NCBI GenBank assembly: GCA_027622665.1 | Contig: JAQBYT010000001.1 | Span: 224,001-288,000, forward strand | Direction: 5' to 3' | Length of the DNA stretch: 64,000 bases | Source of the DNA: Verrucomicrobiota bacterium | GTDB lineage: Bacteria > Verrucomicrobiota > Verrucomicrobiia > Opitutales > Seribacteraceae | In this document: one piece after another, positions 48,603-59,409 of the stretch | How positions within the stretch are numbered: the first letter of the stretch is position 1 | Layout of the letters: every line of letters begins with the position of its first letter | The notes under the pieces: generated by a model | What the model was told of the DNA's origin: nothing | Databases searched by the model: none | What the model saw: only the letters and a program-made list of their open reading frames with translations | Made by a program: the position numbers and the translations under genes

Positions 48603-49672
48603 TTCCTTAGAGTCTCCTTCAGCATGATCATTTCGTCCTCCCGTCCAATACTGATGCGTAAGAACGAAGAAGTCAAAGAATGATTGGGAAAGTGGCGAAC
48701 AAGGATACCATTTTGCTTGAGATGGGAGAAAAGACTCTGCGCTACTTCAAGACCGACCTCACCGTTAATAGTCCTTGGCTCAGTAAAAAGAAAGTTGGCG
48801 GCACTCTCGTAGGTTTTCCAGTTGCTGGAGCGAAAGTCATCCAGCGTATTTTTGCGAGTAGCTTTGATTTTTCTCGTTGTCTCTCGGAAGTAAGATTGGT
48901 CTCGAATTGAAGCAATTGCCGCAGCTTGGGCAAGCCTATCGACATTGTAGACTTCGCGAGCCTTGTTAAGAACCTCGATAAGCCCAGAATCTCCGAGAGC
49001 ATACCCGACCCGTAGCCCGGCTAACCCGTAAGACTTCGAAAGAGTTCGCGTAATGATCAGACGAGGACAATCGGCGAGCAACCCCACGGCATTGTGTGGC
49101 GCAAAGTCAGCATAGGCTTCGTCGGCAACGAGAATCCCAGGGAAACCATTATGAAAAGCACATAGAAAATCGTTGGTAAAAGCCGTCCCCGAAGGCGCGT
49201 TAGGGGTTGTAAGATAAAATAAATTGGCTCTACAAGCAAGGAGGTCGGACAAATCCAGCCCAAACCCCTCCTTAAAAGGAACTTCAACAAGTGGAGCATG
49301 TTGAAGTGAGGCAAGAACTGAATACAGAGAATAACTGGGAGAAGTCATGCCCGCGGGATGATCGTGATCCGTAAAACAACGGGCACAAAGGTTCAAGATA
49401 TCATCGGATCCATTTCCCACTAATACTTGATTCGGTTCAAGATCATGCAGATCAGCGATTGCTTCTCGGAGCGGGAAAGAAGTTGGGTTCGGATATAAAC
49501 GAAGTTTAGAAATTTCATCGTTTATTGCGGCAACAACATGTGGTGAGGGCGGGTAGGGGTTTTCGTTGGTATTAAGCTTGATTACCTCTTGCCTTCCCAA
49601 AGATTGCTCGCCGGGAACGTAGCCGGAATGCACCTGCATATGGGGCAGCACGCGCGAAACGGGAGAAGACAC
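48584..49672 (-). CDS. hisC: Histidinol-phosphate aminotransferase
   Basis: [39 protein letters not shown]. Confidence 0.95.
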   Translation of the reverse strand: MSSPVSRVLPHMQVHSGYVPGEQSLGRQEVIKLNTNENPYPPSPHVVAAINDEISKLRLYPNPTSFPLREAIADLHDLEPNQVLVGNGSDDILNLCARCFTDHDHPAGMTSPSYSLYSVLASLQHAPLVEVPFKEGFGLDLSDLLACRANLFYLTTPNAPSGTAFTNDFLCAFHNGFPGILVADEAYADFAPHNAVGLLADCPRLIITRTLSKSYGLAGLRVGYALGDSGLIEVLNKAREVYNVDRLAQAAAIASIRDQSYFRETTRKIKATRKNTLDDFRSSNWKTYESAANFLFTEPRTINGEVGLEVAQSLFSHLKQNGILVRHFPNHSLTSSFLRISIGREDEMIMLKETLRKWKTHE

Positions 49673-49674
49673 CT

Positions 49675-50976
49675 TTAGTGAAAGTTTTCGAAGCGGATCG
49701 CAAGAGAGCGACCGTGAGCATCCAACTCTTCCATAGCGGAAAAACGAGAGATCACTTCATCGGCCTTACGAAGAGCCTCAAGATCGTAGCGTACGATACT
49801 GGAGCGACGAAGGAAATCGCTAAGACGTAAACCTGCAGAAAAACGAGAGGTTCGGCCCGTAGGCAGAACATGACTAGGCCCTGCCGCAAAATCACCTAAC
49901 ACCGTTGGGGTGTAATGCCCTTGAAGAATAGAACCTGCGGTAGTAATTGAGGAAGTAAAACGTTCAACCTTTGAATCGTCTATCTGCAGTTCCAAATGTT
50001 CCGGAGCTACGAAGTTAGCCACTTCAAACGCTCGTTTTTCGGAGCTAACCCGAATAGTGAATAACCCGGTTTTGAGAACGTTACGAATGGCATCTCGATG
50101 AGAAAGGGTTGCCAGTTGTTTTTCTGTCTCGACAAGGGATAATTGAAGAATCTTTTCGTCCAAACAAAGGAGAAACACGTTTTCCTTGCCAGAACCATGT
50201 TCAGCTTGAGCCAAAAGCGCGGCAGCGACATAAGCGGGGCGGGCAGTCTCATCGGCGACGACCATTACCTCGCTCGGTCCGGGCAAAAGGTCTATGCCGA
50301 CCGTACCGAAAACCTGCCGCTTCGCCTCATTCACATAGACATTGCCTGGGCCGAAAATTTTATCAACGGGAGCAATCGTTTCTGTCCCATAGGCAAGTGC
50401 AGCCACAGCTTGTGCACCTCCCGCCTTGTAAACCTCATCCACACCACAAAGAGAAAGGGCGGCGAGCAAAGGCGGTGCAATCGTCCCGTCAGGTCTCGGT
50501 GGTGTGGTAAGGGCTATCTCAGGAACACCTGCCGCTTTAGCTAAGACTGTCGTCATTATAACAGTAGAAACTAAAGGCACTTGACCGCCGGGTACATAAA
50601 TTCCAACTCGCCGCAGAGGATAGTATCGCTCGCCAACGGCACCGCCATGGGAATTAGTAGACATCCAGTCTTCGCTTTGACAATGAGAATGAAATGCACG
50701 AACATTTTCGATGGCTTCCTCGATTGCTGATCGATCCCGCGCCTCGAGGGCTTCTTCGGCCTGATTGAATTCGGATGCACTTACGCACTGCTCGGCGGAA
50801 GTCAAGGAAGCTCGGTCAAACTGAGAGGTAAAAGACAACAATCCGTCGTCACCGTCCTCACGAACCTTTTTCAAAATAGAGGTCACTGCACTTTCTACTT
50901 CAGGATTTCGAGAAGAACTCGAGATGGACGCGAGTTTCTCAAACAATTCTGAATCTTCCCCGTCTATATGCTGCAT
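49675..50976 (-). CDS. hisD: Histidinol dehydrogenase
   Basis: GIYVPGG, GGAQAVAALAYG, GPSE, AQAEHG, GPSHVLPT. Confidence 0.96.
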   Translation of the reverse strand: MQHIDGEDSELFEKLASISSSSRNPEVESAVTSILKKVREDGDDGLLSFTSQFDRASLTSAEQCVSASEFNQAEEALEARDRSAIEEAIENVRAFHSHCQSEDWMSTNSHGGAVGERYYPLRRVGIYVPGGQVPLVSTVIMTTVLAKAAGVPEIALTTPPRPDGTIAPPLLAALSLCGVDEVYKAGGAQAVAALAYGTETIAPVDKIFGPGNVYVNEAKRQVFGTVGIDLLPGPSEVMVVADETARPAYVAAALLAQAEHGSGKENVFLLCLDEKILQLSLVETEKQLATLSHRDAIRNVLKTGLFTIRVSSEKRAFEVANFVAPEHLELQIDDSKVERFTSSITTAGSILQGHYTPTVLGDFAAGPSHVLPTGRTSRFSAGLRLSDFLRRSSIVRYDLEALRKADEVISRFSAMEELDAHGRSLAIRFENFH

Positions 50977-51005
50977 TTAGAAAAGGCTTATACTGGGAAG
51001 ATAGC

Positions 51006-52544
51006 TTACTCCCATTCTATAGTGCTTGGTGGCTTAGAACTCACATCGTAGACAACACGATTTGCTCCCTTAACTTCATTGATTATTCGATTTGAGACCG
51101 TGCGCAATAGCTTGTCGGGCAACTTTGCCCAATCGGCAGTCATCGCATCGCTACTAGTTACGGCACGAATTGCAATGACGTTATCGTAGGTTCGTTCGTC
51201 CCCCATAACCCCAACGCTCCGGACTGGAAGGAACACGCAAAATGCCTGCCAAAGTTTATAGTATTGACGAGAGTTAAACAGCTCTTCCTGAAAAATCGCA
51301 TCTGCTTCACGGAGAACGCGCAAACGGGCTCGAGTAACTTCACCAATGATGCGTACGGCCAATCCTGGCCCAGGAAAAGGATGCCGGTAAAGGACATCCT
51401 TCGGTAACCCCAAGCCAAGACCAACTTCCCGGACTTCGTCTTTGAAAAGCTCACGAAGAGGCTCGATTAATTTGAGCTTCATTTTCTTGGGCAGTCCACC
51501 CACATTGTGATGACTTTTGATGACAGCGGCCGGATTACCGGCAATAGGAATGCTTTCAATGACATCTGGATAGAGAGTTCCTTGAGCCAAAAATTCGACA
51601 CATCCAATGCTTTTGACGGCATCATCAAAAACTTCAATAAAGGTTTTTCCGATGATTTTCCTTTTGCGTTCGGGGTCAGAAACCCCCTTCAGTCTCTTCA
51701 GGAAAAGAGATGAAGCGTTAATCACCTTAAGACGCGAGGGAAAGTTATCACTAAACAGTTGTTCAACTTCACTTCGCTCATTGAGACGCAGCAGACCGTT
51801 ATCGACAAAGACACAAGTGAGATTCTCGCCTATCGCCCGATGAAGAAGACCTGCCGCCACCGAGGAATCCACTCCGCCACTGAGACCAAGAAGAACTCGC
51901 TTGTCGCCTACGACATCGCGAATGTCCAAGATCGTTTTCTTGGTAAAGTCATCGAGACGCCAATCGGCCTTACATTCACAAATATTTCGAAGGAAATTGT
52001 GGATCAGTTCCCTCCCTCCATCCGTATGCTCAACCTCGGGATGAAATTGGAGGCCATAAAAGCGTCGTTTGGGATCTTCAATCGCGGCAAACTCGGAGTT
52101 TTCGGAGGAAGCCACCGCCCTAAAACCTTTCGGAAGTTTCGAGAGACGATCTCCGTGAGAATTCCAAACAATAAATTTCGGTGGAAGTCCCTCAAACAGC
52201 CCCCCCTTTCTGATCGTTTTAAGTTCCCCTCGACCGTATTCTCTAAGATCGCTGGATTCAGCTTTTCCCCCGAGCATGTTGCCCATGAGTTGCAAGCCAT
52301 AACATATTCCGAGAACAGGTAATCCCATACGAAACAAGGCAGGGTCGGGCTTGGGGGCATCCTTCGCAAGAACACTGGCTGGACCACCGGAAAGAATAAT
52401 GCCAGACGGGGAAAGCCTCTCTAGTTGTTTAACGGGAGTGTCAAAAGGGAGGACTTTAGAAAAAACATTCGACTCGCGAATGCGACGGGCAATGACCTGT
52501 GTGTATTGCGATCCGAAATCGAGAACAATAATGGTTTGCGGCAT
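51006..52544 (-). CDS. guaA: GMP synthase (glutamine-hydrolyzing)
   Basis: [39 protein letters not shown]. Confidence 0.97.
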   Translation of the reverse strand: MPQTIIVLDFGSQYTQVIARRIRESNVFSKVLPFDTPVKQLERLSPSGIILSGGPASVLAKDAPKPDPALFRMGLPVLGICYGLQLMGNMLGGKAESSDLREYGRGELKTIRKGGLFEGLPPKFIVWNSHGDRLSKLPKGFRAVASSENSEFAAIEDPKRRFYGLQFHPEVEHTDGGRELIHNFLRNICECKADWRLDDFTKKTILDIRDVVGDKRVLLGLSGGVDSSVAAGLLHRAIGENLTCVFVDNGLLRLNERSEVEQLFSDNFPSRLKVINASSLFLKRLKGVSDPERKRKIIGKTFIEVFDDAVKSIGCVEFLAQGTLYPDVIESIPIAGNPAAVIKSHHNVGGLPKKMKLKLIEPLRELFKDEVREVGLGLGLPKDVLYRHPFPGPGLAVRIIGEVTRARLRVLREADAIFQEELFNSRQYYKLWQAFCVFLPVRSVGVMGDERTYDNVIAIRAVTSSDAMTADWAKLPDKLLRTVSNRIINEVKGANRVVYDVSSKPPSTIEWE

Positions 52545-52564
52545 GGGGAACCGTTGCTGACTAA

Positions 52565-52807
52565 TCAGAAACGCAGACGCAAGTTATTCTTATTGCAAGC
52601 CGGACAATCTGCAGTTTCCAGATGGCCTCGAGTTTCGAACAATTGGTCACATTTCACGCAGTGGAAAAGCGATTGCGCAGCCATTTTTCGGTATTTTTGA
52701 TCATCCCGATTTTCGTAATGAATCCAAAGATAAAAAGTTCCGGTAATAAAACCTGCAACGCAAAGGAGGTTCATCCAGATAAACGGGAAGTGAAACAACG
52801 AATTCAT
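52565..52807 (-). CDS. Small membrane-anchored zinc-ribbon protein of unknown function
   Basis: N-terminal TM helix, CVKC...CPAC; fills the gap between rplQ and guaA on the same strand. Confidence 0.72.
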   Translation of the reverse strand: MNSLFHFPFIWMNLLCVAGFITGTFYLWIHYENRDDQKYRKMAAQSLFHCVKCDQLFETRGHLETADCPACNKNNLRLRF

Positions 52808-52846
52808 CGACGTAACCGCAAGATTGATCGCACCGAACAGACCATG

Positions 52847-53572
52847 TTAATCGTTTTTGGTATCACCTTTGGAATCATCAGCAGTATTATCGGTAGATTT
52901 TTTTTCGACTGGTTCGTCAGCAGAATTTTCGGATAACGTTTCTTCAGTTGTGTCGTCCACATCAGAAGTTGTTTCTAATTCCGACTCTTGATCATCATCT
53001 AAATCAGTAATATTATCTTCGGCAGCGACTGGAGCGACAGATTCCGTAAACTCTCCAGTATCTTCAACAACTGCCTCCTCTACATCATCAGCTTCCTCTT
53101 GTTCAGTTTTCTTTTGCTTAGACTTCAAAGATTTGGATTTCTTGTCAGTCTTTTTGCCGCTTCCTTTTCTTTTGCCATAACCTTTATCCGAAGCTTTGAC
53201 GAATTCGATAATAGCCATGTCGGCTGCATCTCCAAGACGAGGGATTGCGAGTTTATAGATACGGGTGTAACCACCTGTCCGATTTACAAAATCCTCAGCA
53301 AGTTCATCAAAGAGCTTTTGAACGGATTTCTTATTTCTAAGACGAGCGATGGCCAATCGCCGATAATGAATTTTCTTGGCTGCATCATCTAAAAGATGAG
53401 CTTTTTTTGCCAAGGTAATAATTTTCTCGATCGAAGGCCTCAAGGCTTTGGCTTTTGCCAAAGTTGTACGGATACGCCCATTTTCAATAAGGGCACAACA
53501 CATGTTCGCCATCAATGAGAGTCGATGGGCGGACTTTACCCCGAGAAGATGCTTATGCTTTGAGTGGCGCAT
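52847..53572 (-). CDS. rplQ: 50S ribosomal protein L17 with long acidic tail
   Basis: MRH..., RIRTTLAKAK, RTGGYTRI, RLGDAADMA. Confidence 0.95.
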   Translation of the reverse strand: MRHSKHKHLLGVKSAHRLSLMANMCCALIENGRIRTTLAKAKALRPSIEKIITLAKKAHLLDDAAKKIHYRRLAIARLRNKKSVQKLFDELAEDFVNRTGGYTRIYKLAIPRLGDAADMAIIEFVKASDKGYGKRKGSGKKTDKKSKSLKSKQKKTEQEEADDVEEAVVEDTGEFTESVAPVAAEDNITDLDDDQESELETTSDVDDTTEETLSENSADEPVEKKSTDNTADDSKGDTKND

Positions 53573-53592
53573 GGGAAAGGATGTAAAAGATA

Positions 53593-54591
53593 TTAGTTGG
53601 CAGAAGGTTCAAGCAAGCGATTTTCAAACTTCATGCCCAAGGACAATCCGAGTTGCTCCAGTGTCTGTTTGATTTCATTCAGAGATTTTTTGCCGAAGTT
53701 GCGGTATTTAAGCATTTCGGGCTCAGCCTTGGTGGCTAACTCGCCAACAGTTGTAATATTGGCATTGTTAAGACAATTCGCAGCACGAACGGAAAGTTCG
53801 ATTTCATTCACGCTCATACTGAGTAAATTGCGCAAGCGATTTTGTTCTTCGCTAACTTCCTTGGTTTGACTTTCAAACTGAATATCATCGTCACTGATTT
53901 CCTCGAAAACATCAAGGTGATGACGAAGTATTGCCGCAGATTGCTTGAGTGCATCGTCAGGTGTAATGCGACCGTCCGTATGCACTTCCAAAATAAGCTT
54001 ATCATAATCGGTCATTTGGCCGACTCGGGTATTCTGTACCTCATATTTGACGAGCGTGACCGGACTATATAACGCATCGACGTTGATTACCCCGAGAGGC
54101 TGGTCTTCACTCTTATTGTCCTCCCCGAGGCAAAACCCGCGACCTATCGTAACAGTCATCTCCGCCTGCACTCGCAACTTGCGGTCCGTCGTGAGGATTA
54201 CTTGCTTAGGGTTTATAACTTCAACGCCATCAACAGGAGTAATGTCAGCAGCTGTAATCTCACCTTCTTTTTCTATGTCAAGAGTGAGCTCAAAAGGTTC
54301 TGTTTTATGGCAAACCAGAAGGACTTTTTTCAGGTTAAGTACAATGTCGCAAACATCCTCGCAAACGCCATCTAAGCTCTGAAATTCATGCTGAGCTTGA
54401 TGAAGCTTCAACGTAGAAATAGCTGCTCCTTCGATGGAGCTCAGCAATACGCGACGAAAGGCGTTGCCGATGGTGTGCCCATAGCCGGACTCAAATGGTT
54501 CGGCTATGAATTTCGCGTAAATGTCGGTTGAGGATTCCTCCTCCTTGATGAGACGGTTTGGGAGTTCGAACTTTCCAAGTCGCTTGGCCAT
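53593..54591 (-). CDS. rpoA: RNA polymerase alpha subunit
   Basis: EPFESGYGHTIGNAFRRVLLSS, ELSVRAANCL, NFGKKSLNEI. Confidence 0.97.
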   Translation of the reverse strand: MAKRLGKFELPNRLIKEEESSTDIYAKFIAEPFESGYGHTIGNAFRRVLLSSIEGAAISTLKLHQAQHEFQSLDGVCEDVCDIVLNLKKVLLVCHKTEPFELTLDIEKEGEITAADITPVDGVEVINPKQVILTTDRKLRVQAEMTVTIGRGFCLGEDNKSEDQPLGVINVDALYSPVTLVKYEVQNTRVGQMTDYDKLILEVHTDGRITPDDALKQSAAILRHHLDVFEEISDDDIQFESQTKEVSEEQNRLRNLLSMSVNEIELSVRAANCLNNANITTVGELATKAEPEMLKYRNFGKKSLNEIKQTLEQLGLSLGMKFENRLLEPSAN

Positions 54592-54639
54592 AATAAGTAT
54601 GAGTTGTTAAAAATATGATCTGTTTGAAGTCGGTAAGAT

Positions 54640-55248
54640 TTAGCGACTGTAAAATTCAACGACCAGTTGCACGTTAATGCTCTGATCGAGTTCCTCCGGA
54701 TCCGGGAGGCGATCCACGGTTCCTTGAAGCGAATCTACATTTACAGTCACCCAAGCAGGAGTGGGGCGATATTGAGCATCTTCGAGGTTGCGAGTTGCGA
54801 GTTGCCGTGAAGATGTTTTTTCACGCACACCAACTACATCTCCAGCCGAAACATGAAAATTTGGAACATCTACTTTTTTCCCATTAACGAGCATGTGGCC
54901 ATGGTTGACGAATTGACGAGCTGCTTGACGAGTTCTCGCCAATCCCATGCGGTATACCACATTGTCCAAACGTGTCTCAAGCATGGTGAGAAAAACTTCT
55001 CCGGTTACTCCGGGTTTGGCCTTCGCCTTTTCAAAAGTGTTGCGAAACTGCTTTTCTGTTAGACCAAAGGAGTAGCGCAATTTCTGTTTCTCGTTTAAGC
55101 CGAGACCGTAGTCCTTTAGCTTTCTGCGAATGTTCCTGCCGTGCTGACCAGGTGGGTAGGCTCTGCGTTCGAATGCCTTGTTCGCAGGGAACAAGGCCAT
55201 ACCAAAGCGACGATTAATGCGAGTAGTGGGTCCAGTATAACGAGACAT
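54640..55248 (-). CDS. rpsD: 30S ribosomal protein S4
   Basis: MSRYTGP, EKQKLR, LETRLDNVVYR, VVEFYSR. Confidence 0.97.
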   Translation of the reverse strand: MSRYTGPTTRINRRFGMALFPANKAFERRAYPPGQHGRNIRRKLKDYGLGLNEKQKLRYSFGLTEKQFRNTFEKAKAKPGVTGEVFLTMLETRLDNVVYRMGLARTRQAARQFVNHGHMLVNGKKVDVPNFHVSAGDVVGVREKTSSRQLATRNLEDAQYRPTPAWVTVNVDSLQGTVDRLPDPEELDQSINVQLVVEFYSR

Positions 55249-55277
55249 GACTTAAATAAAGTGTGAAAGAAAATTAG

Positions 55278-55889
55278 TTAAACCCGACGACGCTTAGGGG
55301 CACGGCATCCGTTGTGGGGAACAGGAGTCACATCTATAATGGACGACACCTTGAATCCAAGACTCTGCAGGGAACGCACTGCAGAATCGCGACCCATACC
55401 CGGGCCTTTTATCTTTACGATTAGTTCCTTCATGCCGTGAGACATAGCGACCCGACCTGCATCTTGAGTGACAACCTGAGCGGCATAAGCAGTAGATTTT
55501 CGAGACCCTCTGAAGTTACATTTCCCAGAGCTCGACCATGATATGACATTACCCTTGAGATCAGAAAAGGAGACTTTGGTATTATTAAACGTAGCTATTA
55601 CATGGCAAATGCCGGAAGTAACATTTTTACTTCCCTTAGCTTTTCGAACCTTCACCTCCTCGATATCTGTTCCGAGCAAGTCTTTTGCGGTCTCTTCCTT
55701 TTTTTCTTTTGTCGCAGAGTTTTCGCCCGCATCAACATCTTTGCCTCCAGTTTCAGAAACAGGAGTTTCGCTTGCCGGAACTATCTTCGATACTTCCTCA
55801 ACAATTTCGGGCAAAGCCTTGGAAGGAGGTTCTGAAGACTTTTCCTTATCCTTGTCGCTTACAGTTTCTTTTAATTCGTCTTTACTCAT
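55278..55889 (-). CDS. rpsK: 30S ribosomal protein S11 with N-terminal extension
   Basis: [28 protein letters not shown]. Confidence 0.96.
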   Translation of the reverse strand: MSKDELKETVSDKDKEKSSEPPSKALPEIVEEVSKIVPASETPVSETGGKDVDAGENSATKEKKEETAKDLLGTDIEEVKVRKAKGSKNVTSGICHVIATFNNTKVSFSDLKGNVISWSSSGKCNFRGSRKSTAYAAQVVTQDAGRVAMSHGMKELIVKIKGPGMGRDSAVRSLQSLGFKVSSIIDVTPVPHNGCRAPKRRRV

Positions 55890-55929
55890 GAGAAAACATT
55901 CTTAATGGGAATGGTGTTGTATAAGGGTA

Positions 55930-56304
55930 TTATTTATTGCGAACGACACCCACAGTCTTGCGACCACCTTTTCTAGTTCGGGCATTAGTGATTGTACGTT
56001 GGCCACGTACAGGCAAACCGCGCTGATGGCGCAGTCCACGGTAAGAACGTATACTCTGAAGTCTTTTAAGGTTAGCGGTGACATCTCGACGAAGATCACC
56101 CTCGACTAAATACTTCCGCTCAAGAATGACATTCATTATTTTACTTAAATCTTGCTCACTTAAATCCTGAGTACGAAGATTCGGATCAATTTGGGCTTCT
56201 TCGAGCACACTTCTCGAACGTGTAGGGCCAATGCCATATACGTATCGTAACGAATACTCTATTTTTTTACGGTTTGGGATGTCTACTCCGAGCAAGCGAG
56301 CCAT
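55930..56304 (-). CDS. rpsM: 30S ribosomal protein S13
   Basis: MARLLGVDIP, YGIG, GLPVRGQRT.TNARTRKG. Confidence 0.97.
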   Translation of the reverse strand: MARLLGVDIPNRKKIEYSLRYVYGIGPTRSRSVLEEAQIDPNLRTQDLSEQDLSKIMNVILERKYLVEGDLRRDVTANLKRLQSIRSYRGLRHQRGLPVRGQRTITNARTRKGGRKTVGVVRNK

Positions 56305-56337
56305 GATAATTATATGGTTAAAATGAAATTTAAAATG

Positions 56338-57888
56338 TTATGGAGTAAGAAAGTGAGCAGCTAAGCCAAGAATGAGAAGAGCGGCGGATATCCAAATCAA
56401 AGGACGCCATTGAGCTTCAAACTCTTTCAGTTCGAGCGACTCTATCCCCTGCCCTTGAACTGAAGCGCTACGGCCACGCAAGCGACCTTTTCGCAAAAAA
56501 CCATCGTAGTGACGCTGCAGAAGGAAAGTCTCAATTTGTCGCATGGTATCGAGCACTACACCAACAATAATGAGAAGACCAGTACCACCGAAGAAGGTCG
56601 CGACATTATATGAAACACCGGCAAAATTAAAAATAATGTCAGGAAAGACTGCGATAAGGGTTAAAAAAATAGATCCTGCGAGGGTAAGCCTAGTCATTAC
56701 AAAGTCAAGAAATCGGGCAGTTGGCTCACCAGGTCGGACACCGGGAACATAACCGCCGTTTTTCTTCAAATCATCGGCAATTTGTACGGGTTTGAACATA
56801 ATCGAAACCCAAAAGTAGCTGAATACAAGTATGAGCCCCGCATACACAGAGTAATACAGGAAGCCTCTGCCCGCGAACATAGATGCTAAATCTAACGCCC
56901 AGTTTGAGTCAGCAGGACTGTCTGCCATTGCAGCACCAAGTGTTCTGAGCAACTGGGCAGGAAACATCAGAATCGCACTTGCGAAAATCACAGGCATTAC
57001 CCCAGCATAATTCACCTTAAGAGGCAAAAAAGAGCTTTGGCCACCGAACACCTTGCGCCCTACGACACGCTTTGCATACTGTACCGGAATCTTACGTTGA
57101 GCTTGCGTTACTGCAATTACACCAGCAACAACCAAGAGAAAAAGGCCTACCATCAGGAGCGCTTTGACCCAAACTAAATTATCTCCGGCTGGAGCCTGGA
57201 AGACCAAAGCGTAGGCATCCGCAAGTGCCTTCGGAAGATCAGACAAAATACCTACTGTTATAAGAAGAGAGATTCCGTTCCCGATTCCCCTTTGTGTGAT
57301 TTGCTCACCAAGCCACATCAAAATTATCGTCCCAGTGGTAAGAAAGACTACGGTGTTGGCGAAAAACATCGAGGATTGAGAAACGACTATTGCACCGAAA
57401 GGTTGACCGCTCATCCCAAGGCTATTGGGATTAAAACCCTGAATCAGAGAGCCAGGGCTGTCTCGCAATGCCAATGCTAGCAGTCCGCCCTGCACTAAAC
57501 AAATTACAATTGTCAAGTAGCGAGTATATTGTGAAATTTTTTGACGCCCAGGTTCACCCTCCTGCTGCAAACGGGCAAGCTGGGGAAAGACCGCACCCAT
57601 TAACTGCATTATAATTGAGGCACTGATATATGGCATTATACCTAAGGCAAAGAGAGCACCATTAAGCAATGCACCACCTGTGAACATATTGTAAAAGCCC
57701 AGAATATCATTTCCGTCATCCTGACCTTGCGTGGCTCGCCATTCAAAGAAGTCGCGTATTGGAGTGGGATCAACTCCAGGCAGCGGTACATTTGCACCGA
57801 CTCGAGCAATAAATAACAAAGCCAGCGTAAAAAATATACGCTGACGAAGCTCAGGTATCTTGAGCGAATTTGTGAACGCCGATAACAT
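56338..57888 (-). CDS. secY: Preprotein translocase subunit SecY
   Basis: FALGIMPYISASII, GIGNGISL, AGVMPVIFA, PGVRPG, GGTGLLIIVGV. Confidence 0.97.
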   Translation of the reverse strand: MLSAFTNSLKIPELRQRIFFTLALLFIARVGANVPLPGVDPTPIRDFFEWRATQGQDDGNDILGFYNMFTGGALLNGALFALGIMPYISASIIMQLMGAVFPQLARLQQEGEPGRQKISQYTRYLTIVICLVQGGLLALALRDSPGSLIQGFNPNSLGMSGQPFGAIVVSQSSMFFANTVVFLTTGTIILMWLGEQITQRGIGNGISLLITVGILSDLPKALADAYALVFQAPAGDNLVWVKALLMVGLFLLVVAGVIAVTQAQRKIPVQYAKRVVGRKVFGGQSSFLPLKVNYAGVMPVIFASAILMFPAQLLRTLGAAMADSPADSNWALDLASMFAGRGFLYYSVYAGLILVFSYFWVSIMFKPVQIADDLKKNGGYVPGVRPGEPTARFLDFVMTRLTLAGSIFLTLIAVFPDIIFNFAGVSYNVATFFGGTGLLIIVGVVLDTMRQIETFLLQRHYDGFLRKGRLRGRSASVQGQGIESLELKEFEAQWRPLIWISAALLILGLAAHFLTP

Positions 57889-57941
57889 TAAATAGAAGAG
57901 GAAGCCTATAGAAATTTAGCCAGTGAGTGAAATCCAAACTA

Positions 57942-58379
57942 CTATGAACTAGTTTCGACGGATCCCCCTGCAGCCTTAATTTTTTCTTCGGCGGATGAAG
58001 AGCATTTGCAAACCTTGACTATGTAAGATTTTTTTACTTCGCCTTGGCCCAGCAGCTTTATGGAAATTGCGTTTGAACGGATGATGCCTGCCGCTTTAGC
58101 GGAAACAAGATCGACTACATCTCCTTCAATCTTCTCCAATTCGCTGATATTCACAAGAGCGTACTCTTTTCGAAACCGAGCGTTGTTGAAACCTCGGCGA
58201 GGAAGTTTCCTGAAGAGGGGCATCTGCCCACCTTCAAATCCAGGTCTAAGAGAATAACCCGAGCGAGATTTTGCTCCGTTCTCACCTCTGCCGCATGTTT
58301 TACCTCGTCCGTTTCCTTCGCCACGACCGACACGTTTTCGCGCATGGGTAGCACCCGATGGTATAGCATGTTCCTTCAT
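57942..58379 (-). CDS. rplO: 50S ribosomal protein L15
   Basis: KRVGRGEG.GRGKT.GRG, GFEGGQMPL. Confidence 0.96.
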   Translation of the reverse strand: MKEHAIPSGATHARKRVGRGEGNGRGKTCGRGENGAKSRSGYSLRPGFEGGQMPLFRKLPRRGFNNARFRKEYALVNISELEKIEGDVVDLVSAKAAGIIRSNAISIKLLGQGEVKKSYIVKVCKCSSSAEEKIKAAGGSVETSS

Positions 58380-58384
58380 TTGAA

Positions 58385-59008
58385 TTACTTTTTGATGTCC
58401 GAGGGACTAGTTACAGTTGAACCGCTGGAATTATCGACGGGCTCAGAAGGGGAGGGAAGGACTGTAGATGAAACCATAGACATTCCTTTAACTTCCTCGC
58501 CCCGAATGGCAGAAATCACTTCCGCAGTGCGCAACTGTTGAAGACCTTGAATTGTAGCTGTAACGACAGCTAAGTGGTTGCTGGAACCCATCGATTTGGA
58601 AAGAATATTTTTAATTCCGACCGCTTCAAGCACAGCTCGAACTCCACCTCCTGCAATAATACCCGTTCCAGGTCTTGCCGGTCGTAAAAACACTCTTCCT
58701 CCATCGGCTTTCCCGTGAACTTGGTGAGGAATAGTATCCCCGCATAATAAATACAGTTTCATGGCTTTACGAGCTTGCTCAGTTCCTTTGCGTATCGCAT
58801 CGGGAACCATCTGGGCTTTGCCATAACCATAGCCAACTCGGCCGTTTTGATCACCGACGACAACAAGGGCAGCAAAGCTGAAACGGCGTCCACCCTTCAC
58901 TACCTTGGAGCAACGGTTAATGTGCACTACTTTTTCAAAGAATTCAGATTCTTCCTCTTCAGGAACAGGTTTTCTTCGACGTTGAGAAAATCTTGGTTGG
59001 ACACTCAT
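58385..59008 (-). CDS. rpsE: 30S ribosomal protein S5
   Basis: INRCSKVVKGGRRFSFAALVVVGD, PGTGIIAGG; start trimmed to ATG 59008. Confidence 0.96.
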   Translation of the reverse strand: MSVQPRFSQRRRKPVPEEEESEFFEKVVHINRCSKVVKGGRRFSFAALVVVGDQNGRVGYGYGKAQMVPDAIRKGTEQARKAMKLYLLCGDTIPHQVHGKADGGRVFLRPARPGTGIIAGGGVRAVLEAVGIKNILSKSMGSSNHLAVVTATIQGLQQLRTAEVISAIRGEEVKGMSMVSSTVLPSPSEPVDNSSGSTVTSPSDIKK

Positions 59009-59030
59009 TTCAGGCGTTTGCAATAATGGG

Positions 59031-59387
59031 TTAAAATACAATTCCGGAGGCTCGGACAACTTCCGCAAAAGCCTTGACACAACCATGATACTTGCGACCG
59101 GCTCGGTCAAATACTACAGTCGTGACACCTGCAACCTTAGCCCTTTCGGCAAAAACTTTGCCCAATTTAACGGATCCGTCAAGATTAGGCAAAACGCCAA
59201 TCAAATCATTAGCATTCGTCGAGGAGGCGACCAATGTTCTAGCGACAGAATCATCGATGCACTGAACATGAATGTTTTTATTAGTAAAACATATGGTCAA
59301 TCGGGGTCTTTCGGCAGTGCCGCGAACCTTCTTTCGAATTCGCCAGCGACGCTTTTGTCTCAATTCCTTTTTTTTAGATAGTTTCAT
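59031..59387 (-). CDS. rplR: 50S ribosomal protein L18
   Basis: GTAERPRL, VFDRAGRKYHG. Confidence 0.96.
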   Translation of the reverse strand: MKLSKKKELRQKRRWRIRKKVRGTAERPRLTICFTNKNIHVQCIDDSVARTLVASSTNANDLIGVLPNLDGSVKLGKVFAERAKVAGVTTVVFDRAGRKYHGCVKAFAEVVRASGIVF

Positions 59388-59409
59388 GTATCAAGTGGCT
59401 CTTTTTGAC

